Shown piece after piece: positions 62,621 to 64,000 of a stretch of 64,000 bases of DNA (its first letter is position 1; every line of letters begins with the position of its first letter). The translations under genes were made by a program, and so were the position numbers. Origin of the DNA: an uncultured Chloroflexia bacterium (GTDB lineage Bacteria; Chloroflexota; Limnocylindria; Limnocylindrales; CSP1-4). The notes below the pieces were generated by a model. It saw nothing but the letters and a program-made list of their open reading frames with translations. It searched no databases and was not told the origin of the DNA. The DNA lies in assembly GCA_963833225.1 (NCBI GenBank), contig CAWHXD010000007.1, forward strand, positions 384,001-448,000, read 5' to 3'.

Positions 62621-63026
62621 ATGGTCACGCGTGTCGCCCGTTGATACGTTGCGGGTGCGCTGGGGGGCCGCCGAAGGAGCATGCTGCGTGAGGCAGGGGG
62701 GGGCCGAGCGCGGCATGCTCTCATCGCAGCTCTGGCTCGTACGGCGACGCTGGGGTGCCCGATCGTGGATCACGGCCGACACGCGTCGGCGTGGCAATCG
62801 TCGGGACCTCGGGCCGACCACGTGTCGACGTGGATGGGTTCGTCGTTCTTCGCTGATGGGGGAACGCGGACGCGAACCCGGTGCTTCCCGTACCCTCCCT
62901 CGCATCGGTGATGACGGGGTCCGGCCGGGGCGATGGTCGCCGGTCTGGCTGTCGGCGTGGGCGGTGCGCCCGCTCGGGACGGAGACGAGGTGGAGTTCGT
63001 GTGCGGTAGAGCCCTGAGATGGCCGT

Positions 63027-63371
63027 ATGTCACTTGACTGCCTGTTCTGCCGGATGGCCTCGGGAGAGATCCCGGTGGCCAAGGTGCACGAGGACGACCT
63101 CGTGTTCGCGATCCGGGACATCAACCCCCAGGCCCCGACCCACGTCCTGGTCATACCCGTTGCCCACGTCGGCTCGGCCGCGGAGCTGACTGGGGATGAC
63201 GGCGGGCTCCTCGGCCGGCTGTTCGAGACCGCGGCCCGGATCGCCCGCGAGGACGGCCTCGACGGCGGCTTCCGGCTCGTGATCAACACCGGACCGGACG
63301 GCGGCCAGACCGTGGCCCACCTCCACGTCCACCTGCTCGGTGGGCGGGCGATGGCCTGGCCCCCCGGATGA
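63027..63371 (+). CDS. Histidine triad (HIT/HinT) nucleotide-binding protein
   Basis: DCLFC, DINPQAPTHVLVIP, GQTVAHLHVHLLGGR, WPPG. Confidence 0.95.
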   Translation: MSLDCLFCRMASGEIPVAKVHEDDLVFAIRDINPQAPTHVLVIPVAHVGSAAELTGDDGGLLGRLFETAARIAREDGLDGGFRLVINTGPDGGQTVAHLHVHLLGGRAMAWPPG

Positions 63372-63982
63372 CGGACCCCACGCCGGTGGTCGACGCCAAC
63401 CCGGCGGCCGACACCAACCCGGCGACCGACGGCGGGCGGGGCGGCCCGCCGGCCTGGTTCACGTTTGCGGCCATCGGCAGCCTGATCGTCGCTGTCGGGA
63501 TCCTCGTGCTCGCGGTCATGGGCGTGGGCGTCGGCTTCCGGATCGCCGAGCCGACGATCGCTCCCACGGGCCAGGCGAGCGAGGTGACCCGGTCGCTCGT
63601 GGTCAGGGCGCTCCAGGCGGCGTCGTTCCAGGTCCAGGACCCGCTGGCCGGCTACCGCCCCGGCGAGAGCCCCGACCTGGTTCACGTTCCCCGCCGGCTC
63701 GTCCAGGTGGTGATGCCCGAAGACCCGGGCGCCGGCTTCGTGGTGATCTACGAGCTGCCGACCGCCGATGAGGCCGACCGGATCGGCGGCGCGTTCCTTC
63801 GCTACCTGGCGGGCGGCACCGGCGCCGTCCAGTACCCGCGGGATGCCCGGTTCGTCCTGCAACGCGTGGGCCCGACGCTGGTGTTCTACGCTTGGTCCGC
63901 CGAGGCGTCCCCCGATGCGCGTGTGGCCGAGCTGGCCGCGGCCCTGGAGACGGTTGGCAGCGCCGTGAGGCCGTCGCCGTGA
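63368..63982 (+). CDS. Hypothetical single-pass membrane protein
   Basis: 204-aa ORF with one N-terminal TM helix, coupled to hit by an ATGA overlap. Confidence 0.7.
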   Translation: MTDPTPVVDANPAADTNPATDGGRGGPPAWFTFAAIGSLIVAVGILVLAVMGVGVGFRIAEPTIAPTGQASEVTRSLVVRALQAASFQVQDPLAGYRPGESPDLVHVPRRLVQVVMPEDPGAGFVVIYELPTADEADRIGGAFLRYLAGGTGAVQYPRDARFVLQRVGPTLVFYAWSAEASPDARVAELAAALETVGSAVRPSP

Positions 63983-64000
63983 ACCAGACGTTCCGAGCCA

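Noticed and set aside
62660-62725. Glycine riboswitch-like words CGCCGAAGGAGCA ... CTCTCA
   Set aside because: Lacks the upstream GGAGA/P2 and the closing UCAGG, and no glycine metabolism gene follows

Overview
High-GC bacterial chromosome segment, probably Chloroflexota (inferred: hrcA/CIRCE-type heat-shock operon, and DnaK carries the insert after KRFMGR that Actinomycetota and Bacillota lack). The backbone is rpsT-lepA-hemW-hrcA-grpE-dnaK-dnaJ-prmA-mtaB-hit, split by accessory blocks: (1) a LacI-controlled divergent locus (PHP/CehA-like metallohydrolase opposite a DegT aminotransferase, PotABCD-like transporter and LLM oxidoreductase), likely for amino-sugar or aminocyclitol catabolism; (2) a TetR + ABC exporter; (3) a c-di-GMP/histidine-kinase trio that may be a split sensor; (4) two proteins sharing LQRxAGNxxV and VQR motifs typical of contractile-injection-system cargo, with no structural genes nearby; (5) a TetR-led men operon with a MenE-alpha/beta-hydrolase fusion and a run of frameshifts that look like assembly errors; (6) two PIN toxin-antitoxin loci, transporters and a family-5 UDG; (7) a ComP-like two-component system flanked by two copies of a 13-bp box. 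No rRNA, tRNA, CRISPR array or transposase was seen. All family calls come from motif recognition, not database searches.
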